From positions 10,786 to 74,785 of the forward strand of contig JAPLHV010000157.1 in assembly GCA_026389455.1 (NCBI GenBank): a stretch of 64,000 nt of DNA. The letters are read 5' to 3'. Positions 46,757 to 57,194 of the stretch are shown here, piece by piece. The DNA is from Coprothermobacterota bacterium (lineage in GTDB: Bacteria; Caldisericota; JANLFM01). The notes under the pieces were generated by a model that saw only the letters and a program-made list of their open reading frames with translations, was not told where the DNA came from and searched no databases. A program made the translations under genes and the position numbers. The stretch's first letter is position 1; every line of letters begins with the position of its first letter.

Positions 46757-47786
46757 TCATTCGATGAGGCCTCGATTCTGTAGGCGCTGGTGTTCCCAAT
46801 CAGCGAAATCCTGAGGAGGCGCGATTTTCTCGTTTTCCGGTTTCAACTGAAGTATCAGGGCGTGCTGTGGGCACCCGCTCACACACAAACCGCAGCCGAT
46901 GCAACGTGCTCGATCCACGCTTGTCCGGCCGCCCTCGAAAGAGATGGCCTGCACTTGACAACGCCCAAGGCAGATCCCGCAATTGGCACATAGATCGGGA
47001 TCAAGAACGGCGAAATAGTTGGCCTGCGCGACGGAGTTCTCGATCCCAAATTGGGTGATCCCACGCAAAATACCGCAACAACAGCCGCAGCAGTTGCAGA
47101 CATAGCCGACTCCCTGCGCTACATTGCTGACCGTGTGGACCAAGCCCATCTCCTCGAAGCGTTCCAAAACAGCGATTGCCTCTTCCTTGGACAGATCGTG
47201 CGGCCCAGGGTCGCGCGGTTTCGAAGAGAAGCTCAAGCAGGACCGCACCGGGAACTCGCAATGCCGGTGACCGGCAAGATCCTGCTGTACGCGGCAGATA
47301 CAATCGGAGAGAACGAAGGTCTTCGCTGAGATCAGGATCTTCTGGACCTCGTCGTAAGGAAGGATCCATTCCGACTTGACAGATTGCTGGGCGGGGATCA
47401 CGCGGTGGAAGGCCGGCTGAGGCGTCATCAAGCCCATTGCTCCTCCCTCTGCCAGATAATGGTCGAAGAGGTGAGGGTTGAGTGACCTAGTGGTTTAGTG
47501 GTTGAGTGATCTAGTAAATAATAAATCTTGATCTTACTCAACTACTTAATTACTCAACTACTGAACTACTGAATTACTCGTTTGCCTCTTCGGTTGTCAG
47601 ACCTACTCGTCGGGCTAGTACGTCCAAAGGCTCCCATTGGCCTGTCAAAAGGCCAGCCAGCCACGCTTCTTCGGTTGAGAAGATCTTCCTCAGGATGGCG
47701 ATCTCCACTCCAATGGATGTCCGTGGGAATCCGTTGGGCAAGCGATCTAAAGCGCCAGCCAATCTTTCATATTCATTCTCATCCAT
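46757..47786 (-). pseudogene. 4Fe-4S binding protein gene split by a repeat insertion
   Basis: N-part 47574-47786 (with AGGAGG RBS) and C-part 46757-~47475 (CICR, CNCCGCCC, two CxxCxxC) lie in different frames, separated by an AT-rich 8-nt-repeat element. Confidence 0.7.
47476..47579. repeat. Inverted pair of 8-nt tandem arrays (family D)
   Basis: GGTTGAGT GACCTAGT GGTTTAGT GGTTGAGT GATCTAGT ... ACTCAACT ACTTAATT ACTCAACT ACTGAACT ACTGAATT. Confidence 0.8.
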
Positions 47787-47818
47787 CTCGTTATCCTCCT
47801 GGATTAAGCCGGTGTAAT

Positions 47819-47835
47819 CACCCTGTCGGGGGCTA
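47819..47835 (+). repeat. Single family A head
   Basis: CACCCTGTCGGGGGCTA. Confidence 0.65.
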
Positions 47836-47848
47836 ATTCATTGCCAAG

Positions 47849-48466
47849 CTATTCTCCGGGCAGCTCCTCTTTCCTCAATTCGGCTTGAGAGTCGCCGTCC
47901 ACTCGCCAATAGGCGCCGCCGCCTCCTTCACGCGCCATCAAGCCGTATTCCACCAAGTTTCTTCGCAAGCGCGCTGAATCATCGCTAAACCGCAACAAGA
48001 TCTCGTTCACTTCCTTTTCAGAGTAACGCCGGTTTCGCTCGAATGCTTGATTGATGTGGCGAAGGATGGCCTGCTCCTTCTTTTGCTGTGCAGGAAAAGC
48101 CAGCAGGCGCCCATCGGGCGAAAGGAAGGTCTTCAGAACCTTTCGATCATAGGCATCTGCATCGACAGCCGCCGCTACGGTAGGCAGCATTTCCTGTGAT
48201 AAGACTCGCTGGGCCATCTCTTTTAGCGCGTCGAAGCGGAGTTGATAGACGCTGTAATAGCCTTCCGCCCTAGCGTCGACCAACTTGACCTTGGCAAGAC
48301 GGGAGAGATGGTGGGAAACGGTCGAGGAACTGAGGCCCAATATCTCCGCCAACTGTTCCACCGAGAGAGCTTCCTTGGCCAAGAGAGCGACGATCTTGAG
48401 GCGGTTGGGGTCTGAAAGCGCTTTAAAAAAAGCCAGCAATTCCTCTACATAAGAGTTCTCGTTCAT
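47849..48466 (-). CDS. ArsR family regulator with DUF2087-like C-terminal domain
   Basis: FKALSDPNRLKI, STVSHHL; YSEKEVN...LRRNLVEYGLM. Confidence 0.85.
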   Translation of the reverse strand: MNENSYVEELLAFFKALSDPNRLKIVALLAKEALSVEQLAEILGLSSSTVSHHLSRLAKVKLVDARAEGYYSVYQLRFDALKEMAQRVLSQEMLPTVAAAVDADAYDRKVLKTFLSPDGRLLAFPAQQKKEQAILRHINQAFERNRRYSEKEVNEILLRFSDDSARLRRNLVEYGLMAREGGGGAYWRVDGDSQAELRKEELPGE

Positions 48467-48652
48467 CTGATCTCCTTTCATATAGATCGATGCTTGTCAA
48501 TTTAATTATAGTCAGATCAGAACGAAGCGCAAGAAGAGGGATCTTCAGCCGTTGCTTCTCTGCCCTGTCATAAGGTACTCTCTTTTCTAGTTACCTAAGG
48601 GGTCGATCCTTTCACGAGGATCTACTCAATCTAGTCACTCGGAGGCGCAGAG

Positions 48653-49454
48653 ATGAACAAGAACCTGGTCCGGCAATGGGCGAACGTGATCGCCGTCTTG
48701 GCGATGATCGTGATCAACATTCTGGCCAACGCCTTGCCCTTCAACGGGCAAAATACCGGCGCCATCTCGGACCGATTTGCCGTCTTCTTCGTGCCGGCCG
48801 GCTACGTTTTCTCCATTTGGGGTTTGATCTACATCGGCCTGCTCCTTTTCGCCATTTACCAAGCTCTTCCCAGCCAGCGCGACAACCCGCGTCTGGTCAA
48901 GATTGGCTATTGGTTTGCCTTCAGCAGCCTGGCTAACATTGCTTGGCTCTTCCTCTGGCATTATCTGCAGTTCACCAGGACCATCTTCGCCATGCTGGCC
49001 CTGCTGATCTCGCTCCTGGTTATCTATCTGCGACTGGGGATTGGAAAAGAAAACGTTCCTTCCAGCGAGCGATGGATGGTGCAGACGCCTTTCAGCATCT
49101 ACCTGGGATGGATCTCGGTGGCCACTATTGCCAATAGTAGCCAGCCTGCGGCAGCATGTCTTCTAATTGCTTGATTTCCTGAAATGGAATGCCTGGGGCA
49201 TTTCTCCGGAGATCTGGGCTGTGATCCTGCTCGTCTTAGCGACATTGCTCTCCAGCGCGATGTCTTTCCGCCGGGGGGACGTGGCCTACTCTTTGGTGAT
49301 CGCCTGGGCGTTTATAGGCATCGCCTTGAAACAGGCGGCGACCCCGCTGGCGTCCATCGCTGCTTGGGCGGCAACCGCTGTCGTGCTCGTCGATCTGGCG
49401 GCAGCAAGCATCCTCCATGCGCGGCGCCGGATACCTTCCCGAGAGAATGCGTGA
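48653..49454 (+). pseudogene. TspO-like tryptophan-rich membrane protein, frameshifted at a family B insertion
   Basis: PAGYVFSIWG..., YLGWISVATIAN then repeat-derived SSQPAAAC; the membrane protein continues in another frame from 49167. Confidence 0.75.
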
Positions 49455-49574
49455 TCCTGCAAGTGCATGTTCCCAAGAGTGAAGAAGTGAAATCAAAGGT
49501 GCATAAGTTGGAGCTGAAATGATCCCCTGAGTCGGAGGATCGAGTACAATCGACAACAGGACATCAAAGAGACA

Positions 49575-49604
49575 GAGGCCGCTGGGTAATACCCCAGCGG
49601 CCTC
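49575..49604. terminator. 12-bp-stem hairpin
   Basis: GAGGCCGCTGGG-TAATAC-CCCAGCGGCCTC. Confidence 0.5.
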
Positions 49605-49641
49605 ATGAAAGGGGCTTGCGGGCCCGGGAAGCGAGCGAGGC

Positions 49642-50565
49642 ATGGAATATAAAGATTACTACCAGGTGCTGGGAGTCCCACGCGATGCGGACGAAAAGAG
49701 CATCCGCCGTGCCTACCGGGATTTGGCCCGAAAATGCCACCCGGATACGAATCGCCAGGACAAGAGCCTGGAAGAGAAGTTTCGCCAGATCAATGAGGCC
49801 TACCAGGTTCTTTCCAATGCCGACAAGCGAGCCAAATACAACCAGCTCGGAGCCAACTGGGAGCAGCTCTCCCAGCAGACCGCCTACCCGGGACCACAAC
49901 AGGGCAATTGGCAGCAGTTCGACGTGGGGCAGTCCGACTTCTCAGACTTCTTCCGAGCCTTTTTCAGCGAGAACGCGGAAAGCTCAGGGTATTCCGCCGC
50001 CAGCACCCGCCGCCGGAGCCCGCGCAAACGCAAAGGGGAAGACGTCGATGCGGTCGTGGAGATCAGCCTTGAAGAGGCTTTCAATGGTTCTTTGCGCCCT
50101 ATTTCGTTTATCCTGGGGGGGACTGCTCGCACTCTCGAGGTGAAGATCCCGGCAGGGGTCGAGGAAGGCGCCCGCATCCGCCTTCGCGGACAGGGTTACC
50201 CATCTACCAGTGGCGGGGAGCCCGGCGACCTCTACCTGATGGTCCGCATCGCTCCTCATCCCTATTTCGAGCGCAAAGGGTTGGACCTCTTTTTAGATTT
50301 GCCTGTCACCCTGGGAGAGGCCATGCTTGGGGCCAAAGTGGAGGCCCCTTCCCTGAAGGGACCGGTGATGGTAACCATCCCAGCGGAGACGCAGAACGGT
50401 GTCACCATACGTTTGCGTGGGTTGGGCTTACCCCCTGGCGGCGATCAATATCTAAAGGTGAAAGTGGTTCTCCCGCAGGAAATCACCAGCCAAGAGAAGA
50501 AGCTCTTCCAGGAACTAAAAGCGCTGGACCGCACCCAACCCCGTTCCTGTTTGGGTCAATCGTAA
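49642..50565 (+). CDS. DnaJ-class co-chaperone without zinc finger (CbpA-like)
   Basis: KDYYQVLG, HPD motif, FSDFF, DnaJ C-terminal domain. Confidence 0.9.
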   Translation: MEYKDYYQVLGVPRDADEKSIRRAYRDLARKCHPDTNRQDKSLEEKFRQINEAYQVLSNADKRAKYNQLGANWEQLSQQTAYPGPQQGNWQQFDVGQSDFSDFFRAFFSENAESSGYSAASTRRRSPRKRKGEDVDAVVEISLEEAFNGSLRPISFILGGTARTLEVKIPAGVEEGARIRLRGQGYPSTSGGEPGDLYLMVRIAPHPYFERKGLDLFLDLPVTLGEAMLGAKVEAPSLKGPVMVTIPAETQNGVTIRLRGLGLPPGGDQYLKVKVVLPQEITSQEKKLFQELKALDRTQPRSCLGQS

Positions 50566-50624
50566 GAGAATAATAGGCGGATACCTGACCTGCTTTTCGG
50601 GTTCCGCGCCAGGAGAAAAAAAAC

Positions 50625-53120
50625 ATGACCTTCAATCTAGAGAGACTAACGATCAAAGCGCAAGACGCCCTCGCCCAAACCACCACCCTGGCTGAGAGCA
50701 TAAATCAGCAATCTCTGGAGCCGGAGCACCTGCTGGCCGCGCTATTGGAACAATCGGACGGGGTGGTCCCCCCACTTTTACAGAAACTTGGAGTTGAGAT
50801 CGTGCCTTTTACGCACCAATTGGCAGGAGAGATTGATAAGCTGCCCAAAGTATACGGCGGAGGCCAGGCCCACCCTTCCCCGCGCTTGAAGAAGGTGCTC
50901 GACCAATCGTTGCGGGAAGCCAGTCAACTAAAAGACGAGTACGTCTCCACTGAACATTTCCTCCTGTCTATGGCCGTACTCGGGGATGGAGCCGTAAAAC
51001 GTTTGCTGACCGCTGCCGGAATAGATCATGATCGTCTCTTGCAGGCTTTGGCCCAGATCCGGGGCACGCAGCGGATTACCGACCAAAACCCGGAAGACAA
51101 ATACCAGGCGCTGGAGAAGTACGGGCGCGATCTTACCGAGCTGGCTCGGCGCGGCAAATTGGATCCGGTCATCGGACGCGACGAGGAGATCCGTCGCACC
51201 ATCCAGGTGCTCTCCCGCCGCACCAAGAACAACCCAGTCCTCATTGGGGAGCCTGGAGTCGGCAAGACAGCCATTGTTGAAGGTTTGGCCCAGCGCATCG
51301 CCTCTGGCGATGTGCCGGAGAGTCTGAAGAATAAACGTGTAGTGGTTTTGGACTTGAGCGCTCTGGTGGCCGGCGCCAAGTTTCGCGGGGAGTTTGAAGA
51401 ACGGCTGAAAGCAGTCTTGAAGGAGGTAACCTCCTCCGAGGGAACCCTTATCCTTTTTATCGACGAGTTGCATACACTCATCGGAGCCGGCGCCGCCGAA
51501 GGCGCCATGGACGCCTCCAATATGCTGAAGCCGGCTCTGGCTCGCGGCGATCTACGCGCCATTGGCGCCACCACACTAGAGGAGTATCACAAGCGAATCG
51601 AGAAGGATCCCGCCCTAGGGCGGCGTTTCCAACCGGTGGTGGTGCGTGAGCCGAGCGTCGAGGACACCATTGCCATCTTGCGCGGATTGAAAGAGCGTTA
51701 TGAAGTACATCACGGAGTGAAGATCCAGGATACTGCCCTGGTGGCCGCGGCCGTTCTTTCCAACCGCTACATCGCGGATCGCTTCCTCCCCGACAAAGCC
51801 ATCGATCTGATGGATGAGGCGGCCTCACATCTGCGCATGGAGATCGACAGCCTGCCGACCGAGCTGGATGAGGTGGAGCGGCACTTGCGCCAATTGGAAG
51901 TGGAGCGCCAAGCCGTGCGGAAGGAGAAGGATCCGGTCTCCCAGTCGCGCTTGAAAAAGATGGAGGAGGAGATTGGAGCCTTGAAGGAACAAGCCCAGGC
52001 GCTGCGCGCTCGATGGCAGGTCGAGAAGGAAATCCTGCAAGGGATCGGTCAAACCACCGAGAAGATGGAAAGCATGCGCAATGAGGAGAAACAGGCCGAG
52101 AGCAAGGGTGACTGGGATCGCGCCGCCGAGCTGCGATTCGGTGTGCTCCCGGGCCTGCAGAAAGAGTTGTCCGCCCTCAACGAACGCCTGGAGGAGATCC
52201 AAAGGGGTGGAGGCATGTTGAAGGAAAAGGTCGGGGAGGAAGATATCGCCGAGATTGTCTCCAAGTGGACAGGAATTCCGGTGACCCGATTGATGGAGGA
52301 AGAAATGCAGAAGCTGGTTCGGATGGAGGAGCGTCTTGGAAGGCGCGTTGTAGGGCAGGATGAGGCCATCAGCGCCGTCTCCAAAGCCGTGCGTCGAGCC
52401 CGTTCCGGTCTCTGTGACCCGAATCGGCCCATCGGCTCCTTTCTCTTCCTGGGTCCCACCGGAGTCGGCAAGACCGAACTAGCCAAGGCGTTGGCTGAGT
52501 TTCTCTTCGATGATGAGAAGGCCATGGTCCGCCTGGATATGTCCGAGTACATGGAGAAACACACTGTCTCCCGTCTGATCGGCGCTCCTCCCGGCTATAT
52601 TGGGTATGAGGAAGGGGGGCAGTTGACCGAGGTCGTGCGCCGTAAGCCTTATACCGTGATTTTGCTGGACGAGGTTGAGAAGGCCCATCCCGACGTTTTT
52701 AATGTCCTCCTGCAGATCCTCGACGAGGGCCGTTTGACCGACGGACAAGGGCGAACGGTCGATTTCCGCAACACGGTCATCATCATGACCTCCAATCTGG
52801 GAAGTCAAATCATCCAAGAACTGTCCGGCCAATGGGAACTGATGAAAACCAAGGCGCTGGAGATCCTTCGTCTCAGCTTCCGGCCGGAGTTCCTCAACCG
52901 GATTGATGAGATCATCATTTTCCAAGCGCTCGGCAAGGAACAAGTCCGGAAGATCGTTGATTTGCAGTTGCAGCGCTTGTCAGCTCGCCTCTTGGAGAAA
53001 CAGATCGGTTTGGAAGTGACGCCTGGTGCGCGTGATTTGCTGGCTGATGTGGGGTACGAGCCTGCCTATGGAGCGCGCCCCCTCAAGCGTGCCATCCAAC
53101 GCGAGGTGATGCGCAAATAA
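50625..53120 (+). CDS. clpB: Chaperone ClpB, C-terminally truncated
   Basis: Two AAA modules ([16 protein letters not shown]) and coiled-coil M domain; ends right after [13 protein letters not shown]. Confidence 0.93.
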   Translation: MTFNLERLTIKAQDALAQTTTLAESINQQSLEPEHLLAALLEQSDGVVPPLLQKLGVEIVPFTHQLAGEIDKLPKVYGGGQAHPSPRLKKVLDQSLREASQLKDEYVSTEHFLLSMAVLGDGAVKRLLTAAGIDHDRLLQALAQIRGTQRITDQNPEDKYQALEKYGRDLTELARRGKLDPVIGRDEEIRRTIQVLSRRTKNNPVLIGEPGVGKTAIVEGLAQRIASGDVPESLKNKRVVVLDLSALVAGAKFRGEFEERLKAVLKEVTSSEGTLILFIDELHTLIGAGAAEGAMDASNMLKPALARGDLRAIGATTLEEYHKRIEKDPALGRRFQPVVVREPSVEDTIAILRGLKERYEVHHGVKIQDTALVAAAVLSNRYIADRFLPDKAIDLMDEAASHLRMEIDSLPTELDEVERHLRQLEVERQAVRKEKDPVSQSRLKKMEEEIGALKEQAQALRARWQVEKEILQGIGQTTEKMESMRNEEKQAESKGDWDRAAELRFGVLPGLQKELSALNERLEEIQRGGGMLKEKVGEEDIAEIVSKWTGIPVTRLMEEEMQKLVRMEERLGRRVVGQDEAISAVSKAVRRARSGLCDPNRPIGSFLFLGPTGVGKTELAKALAEFLFDDEKAMVRLDMSEYMEKHTVSRLIGAPPGYIGYEEGGQLTEVVRRKPYTVILLDEVEKAHPDVFNVLLQILDEGRLTDGQGRTVDFRNTVIIMTSNLGSQIIQELSGQWELMKTKALEILRLSFRPEFLNRIDEIIIFQALGKEQVRKIVDLQLQRLSARLLEKQIGLEVTPGARDLLADVGYEPAYGARPLKRAIQREVMRK

Positions 53121-53279
53121 GGGGACAGATTTATTTTTCCACTCTTCCAGCCTGTTCACATGCCTGGTTGCCGTCCTGCCACCCGTTTCATGAGGCAGGC
53201 CAAGTTCCGTCCCTCGCCGATAATCAGCATCCGCGAGGAGAACGGTTTGCCTGTCATCAATAAATAAATCTGTCCCCTT
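53119..53279 (-). mobile_element. 161-bp miniature element with 18-bp terminal inverted repeats and a RAYT/Y1-transposase-like remnant
   Basis: AAGGGGACAGATTTATTT ... AAATAAATCTGTCCCCTT; minus strand reads NLACLMKRVAGRQ/(frameshift)TRHVNRLE. Confidence 0.7.
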
Positions 53280-53283
53280 TGTT

Positions 53284-54345
53284 TTAGAACATGTCGTAAT
53301 CGCCGGAGGTGATGTACCAGTCCTCCAGCACCCCCAAGGCAGTATGATCGATCGACCCGTCCGGGGAGTAAGCGATCAGAGGTTGGTTCAGCGATCGCAC
53401 GCGAAACCCGTTTTCCCGGTAGGAAGGGAGCAAGGGAGAGTGCATCATCAGCCAGGAAGCAACGATGGCCGCTTTCTCCCGATGGAACTGGTCCAGCAAA
53501 AGGGTGAGGAAAATATTTGCCAAGCGGGGATCCCAACGCTCGACGAAGAGCTCCCCCACGGAGCCCAAGCGATAGGCCAAGTCGACGGTGCGGGTGACGG
53601 CGAAGCCGCGCAGTGCGCCTTTCTCTCCTAAAGCCCAAGCCTTGTAGCCGGCCGATGGGTGATCGAGATAGCGCCAGTTCAAGTAATCGCACTCCTTTTC
53701 CACGGCGAATCGGCAGCGCTCGCGCAAGACTTGCCAGAGCGCATCTGTGTCTGCCCCAAAGCGCTGAATCGGATGGAGGGAGAAACCCTCTTCCCTTTTC
53801 CCCCGACCGGAAAAGTAGGCCCAGAGAAGCGGTTTCGCCACGGTTCCAGCCAGATGGGCCAGGGTCGGTGAAGGCAGGCGGCCTCGCAGAGCCGCGCCGA
53901 GATCCAGCACCTTCAATAAGCGTGCCACCTTGCCCACTTCGACCCAGCCGAAACGCCGGATGTAACCGTGATAAGAGTTGCGGTTGGGAAAACCGTAGTA
54001 GAGAGGGATCTTCCTGCGCGCACCCTCCTGGAAGGTCGCCAGTACGAGCTTCTTGAAGACGCCCTGACCTCGGCAGGCCGGGTCCACCATGGTGTCCACC
54101 GATTGCCCTCCGATCACTCGAGAGGCGCCGGTCTTCATGGGGACCGCAAAGTAAGCTTCCTGTCCCACGACTTTCCCGTTGGCGCGCGCCAGAGCGATCA
54201 GAGGCGAGGCGAAGGGGTTGCGTTGGTATTCCCACCGCCAGTCTTCCATTTCCCGGGGGATCTTGGGAAAAGTGCGGTGGAAGAGGTCGAGGATTCCCTC
54301 CTCGTCTCCGGGCTGGTAGAAGCCGATTTCCAGTTCGTTGGCCAT
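53284..54345 (-). CDS. GNAT family N-acetyltransferase
   Basis: WRWEYQRNP, DTMVDPACRGQG, YGFPN, YLNWRY. Confidence 0.85.
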   Translation of the reverse strand: MANELEIGFYQPGDEEGILDLFHRTFPKIPREMEDWRWEYQRNPFASPLIALARANGKVVGQEAYFAVPMKTGASRVIGGQSVDTMVDPACRGQGVFKKLVLATFQEGARRKIPLYYGFPNRNSYHGYIRRFGWVEVGKVARLLKVLDLGAALRGRLPSPTLAHLAGTVAKPLLWAYFSGRGKREEGFSLHPIQRFGADTDALWQVLRERCRFAVEKECDYLNWRYLDHPSAGYKAWALGEKGALRGFAVTRTVDLAYRLGSVGELFVERWDPRLANIFLTLLLDQFHREKAAIVASWLMMHSPLLPSYRENGFRVRSLNQPLIAYSPDGSIDHTALGVLEDWYITSGDYDMF

Positions 54346-54441
54346 CGCCCTATTATAGTGTCCTGAACCGGCGCGCCAAGGGCCCCAGCTTGATCATGAT
54401 GAGAGTGGTAAGATCTCAGGGTATGCAACCAAGGAGCGATC

Positions 54442-55299
54442 ATGCAGATTCCTGATTATCACGTCCACCCCGACTACTCCATCGACGCCAAGGGGTCGAT
54501 CCAAAGATACGCCACTACTGCGGCTGCGCGCGGGCTGCCGGAGATATGTTTTACTACCCACCTCGACCTTGATCCGCTTCGAGCTACAGAAGACAGGTGG
54601 ATCCGTGATCGGGGGGAAAGACGAAGCTTCCGCACCCTGAATTGGCTTGACCATTATTGGGAGGATATCGACCGTGCCCAGTCCGAAGTGAACGGGCAAG
54701 TCCTCTTGAAGCACGGATTGGAGATCGATTATTTTCCCGGTTTTGAGACATTCGTCCGACCCGCTCGAGAGTCCTATCCCTGGGACTTTGTCTTGGTCTC
54801 AGTACACTGCCTGGAACACATTGCCATCGCCGGGCAAGAAGAGAGTGGCCCATATTTAGCGAGGCACACCCCGGAGGAAACAGCCGAGGCCTATGTGATG
54901 GCAGTCCGGGATGCTATTGCCAGCGGTTTTGGTCATGCTTTGGCCCATCTTGACTACTTCAAGCGCCAAGTCAGCCCAGGCTTTCGCCCGCGCTTCCTGG
55001 CCGCCCTCGCTCCGCGATTGCCTGAAATCCTTGAACTGCTGCAGCGTGCAGGAATGGCCATGGAGATCAATACGCGCGCCATCCGCACCTATGGGTTGGG
55101 TGAACCATTTCCTGGCACGGAGACGCTTGCGCTGGCGGTCCGCCTGGGTGTTTCCAGAATCACCATCGGCTCGGACAGTCACCGCCCCGAAGAGTTGGGC
55201 AACTGTTTTGATGAAGCCCGCCAGTTTGCTTTAGAGGCCGGCTTTACTACGGCACTCACCTATCAGAAAGGGGAGATCAATGGTTCTTTTCAACTCTAG
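54442..55299 (+). CDS. PHP-family histidinol-phosphatase (HisJ-like)
   Basis: DYHVH, SVH, AHLD, EINT, GSDSH. Confidence 0.85.
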   Translation: MQIPDYHVHPDYSIDAKGSIQRYATTAAARGLPEICFTTHLDLDPLRATEDRWIRDRGERRSFRTLNWLDHYWEDIDRAQSEVNGQVLLKHGLEIDYFPGFETFVRPARESYPWDFVLVSVHCLEHIAIAGQEESGPYLARHTPEETAEAYVMAVRDAIASGFGHALAHLDYFKRQVSPGFRPRFLAALAPRLPEILELLQRAGMAMEINTRAIRTYGLGEPFPGTETLALAVRLGVSRITIGSDSHRPEELGNCFDEARQFALEAGFTTALTYQKGEINGSFQL

Positions 55300-56272
55300 G
55301 CTTTCCTTGACCAGCCTTCCCACTCCGCTGGAAGCGCTCCCTACTCTCTCCCGCCAACTGGGGGTTGAATTATGGATCAAGCGTGATGACCTCACTTCCC
55401 CCGCGGGAGGTGGAAATAAGGTTCGTAAGCTGGAATTCCTGCTGGCTGATGCGAACTCGCGTAAAGCGACTGCGGTCATTACCCTGGGCGCCGTGCAGTC
55501 CAACCATTGCCGTCAAACTGCTCTCTTGGCTGCTAAGCTGGGGCACGAAGCTCACTTGGTCTTGATCGGCGAGGAGCCGATAGATAGACAGGGGAACCTC
55601 TTGCTGGATACCTTATCCGGCGCCACCTTGCACTTTGGAGCGCGAACCTTGGAAGAGGGGCGAGCGATCGCCCAACAGTTGATGGAGACATTGCGGGCAT
55701 GCGGCAAGGAACCCTACCTGATCCCCTATGGAGGTTCCGACCCAATCGGCGTGCAAGGGTATGTGGCTGCCTGGGCCGAACTACAGGAGCAAGCCCAAGC
55801 GCGCTCGCTCTCCTTCGACTGCATCGTCCATGCTTCCTCTTCGGGAGGCACCCAAGCCGGTTTGTTGGTGGGCCAACAGGTCTATGGCGGCAGCGGACAA
55901 GTGATCGGCATCAGCGTGGGGCCGCCCGCGACCACTCTGGCCCGGGAAGTAGCCGCCCTGGCCGGTCAAACCGCTCAAGCCATCGGCTTGGATTCTTTTA
56001 GCCTATCTTCAGCGCCAATTATCCTGGATCAGTACATCGGCCCAGGATACGCGCTCCTCGACGAGACCACCTACGCCGCCATTCGGCGATTGGCGCAGAC
56101 CGAAGCGATCCTTCTCGATCCTGTCTACACAGGGAAAGCGTTCACTGGTTTCCTGCGATTGGCTAGCGAAGGAAGGCTAGGGAAACGCGCCTTGTTCTGG
56201 CATACCGGTGGAGCGCCTGCCCTTTATAGCTACGCCGATCAATTGACAAGCAGTCAGCCTGCGGCAGCATGA
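55280..56272 (+). CDS. D-cysteine desulfhydrase / ACC deaminase family PLP enzyme
   Basis: IKRDD, GGNKVRKLEF, QSNHCR, LDPVYTGK, FWHTGG. Confidence 0.9.
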   Translation: MVLFNSRLSLTSLPTPLEALPTLSRQLGVELWIKRDDLTSPAGGGNKVRKLEFLLADANSRKATAVITLGAVQSNHCRQTALLAAKLGHEAHLVLIGEEPIDRQGNLLLDTLSGATLHFGARTLEEGRAIAQQLMETLRACGKEPYLIPYGGSDPIGVQGYVAAWAELQEQAQARSLSFDCIVHASSSGGTQAGLLVGQQVYGGSGQVIGISVGPPATTLAREVAALAGQTAQAIGLDSFSLSSAPIILDQYIGPGYALLDETTYAAIRRLAQTEAILLDPVYTGKAFTGFLRLASEGRLGKRALFWHTGGAPALYSYADQLTSSQPAAA

Positions 56273-56392
56273 CAGGACACCCTGCCGGGAGCTATCTACT
56301 TGCCGGGAGCTATCTACTTGCCGGGAGCTTGCCAAACTTGAAAGCCCGCGGCAGCACGATAGCCTGCGGCAGCACGATAGCCTGCGGCAGCA
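56255..56392. repeat. Composite family B/A/hybrid 18-bp repeat cluster
   Basis: B half-unit, then TGCCGGGAGCTATCTACT x~3, then opposed GATAGCCTGCGGCAGCAC x~3. Confidence 0.88.
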
Positions 56393-56465
56393 AGACACTG
56401 AGATGATCGGACTGATCCGGGTATCATCCCCTTCCCCGATTCACTCCCCTCTCCCTGGCGCCGCG

Positions 56466-57194
56466 ATGCATCTGCGTGCAGCCACCTTCGACTACTGGGA
56501 GACCCTCATCGAGGAACGCGAGCAAGGCGCAGCATCCCTGGAGAGGACGGCATCCGCTTTCTACCGTCAGTCCGCTATGCTACTTCATCTCCCCCCCGAG
56601 CCTGTCTTTGAGGAAGCTCTCCAGCGACGGTTGGCGGTCACCCGAGAGCGAATGACTGGAGAGTTGCTGGAGGTTCCCTTGGACCATTTCTTCCCTCTGC
56701 TCTTCGAGGACCTGGGGTTATCGGCTGCGGCCAACAAAGTGGCTTCTCGGGAGGCTGTCCTCTTCATCACCGAGCGAGTACACGAGGTCACGGTGGCGCT
56801 GCCCGGCGCGGTCGAATTCCTCGCTTTGTTGAAGGAGAAGGGAATCAAGATTGGGCTGGTCTCCAACACCCAAATCCCACCAGCGCAACGCCGCGAAAGC
56901 CTGCGACGTTTGGGTCTCCTCCCCTACTTCGATGCTGTGGTGCTATCCTCTGGCTTCATGCACCGCAAACCCAAGCCGGCCATTTTCCAGGAAACGCTTC
57001 GTCAATTGCAGGTTCAGCCCGAGGAGTGCCTGCATTTTGGGGACAGCTTGAACGCTGATGTGAAAGGAGCGAGAGGGGCAGGAATCCTCTCGGTCCACGT
57101 GATGGCCGGCCGGAACGCCGCTTCTACCAGTGAGGCTGAACTGGTGATTCGCGATTGGAGGACCGCCCTGGCTTTATTCGCCCGGCTCTTGTAA
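56466..57194 (+). CDS. HAD family hydrolase
   Basis: FDYWETL, VSN, KPKPAIF, HFGDSLNADVKGA; start uncertain (56403 alternative). Confidence 0.85.
   Translation: MHLRAATFDYWETLIEEREQGAASLERTASAFYRQSAMLLHLPPEPVFEEALQRRLAVTRERMTGELLEVPLDHFFPLLFEDLGLSAAANKVASREAVLFITERVHEVTVALPGAVEFLALLKEKGIKIGLVSNTQIPPAQRRESLRRLGLLPYFDAVVLSSGFMHRKPKPAIFQETLRQLQVQPEECLHFGDSLNADVKGARGAGILSVHVMAGRNAASTSEAELVIRDWRTALALFARLL

Noticed and set aside
48653..49454. Programmed frameshift or selenocysteine read-through
   Set aside because: The break coincides with a repeat insertion and a frame change; no slippery site or SECIS evident
49455..49641. CIRCE/HAIR heat-shock operator before cbpA-clpB
   Set aside because: No TTAGCACTC-N9-GAGTGCTAA or CTTGAGT-N7-ACTCAAG seen
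53156..54235. 359-aa minus-strand ORF
   Set aside because: Alternative frame of the GNAT gene; only its last ~30 codons are informative (transposase-like remnant)
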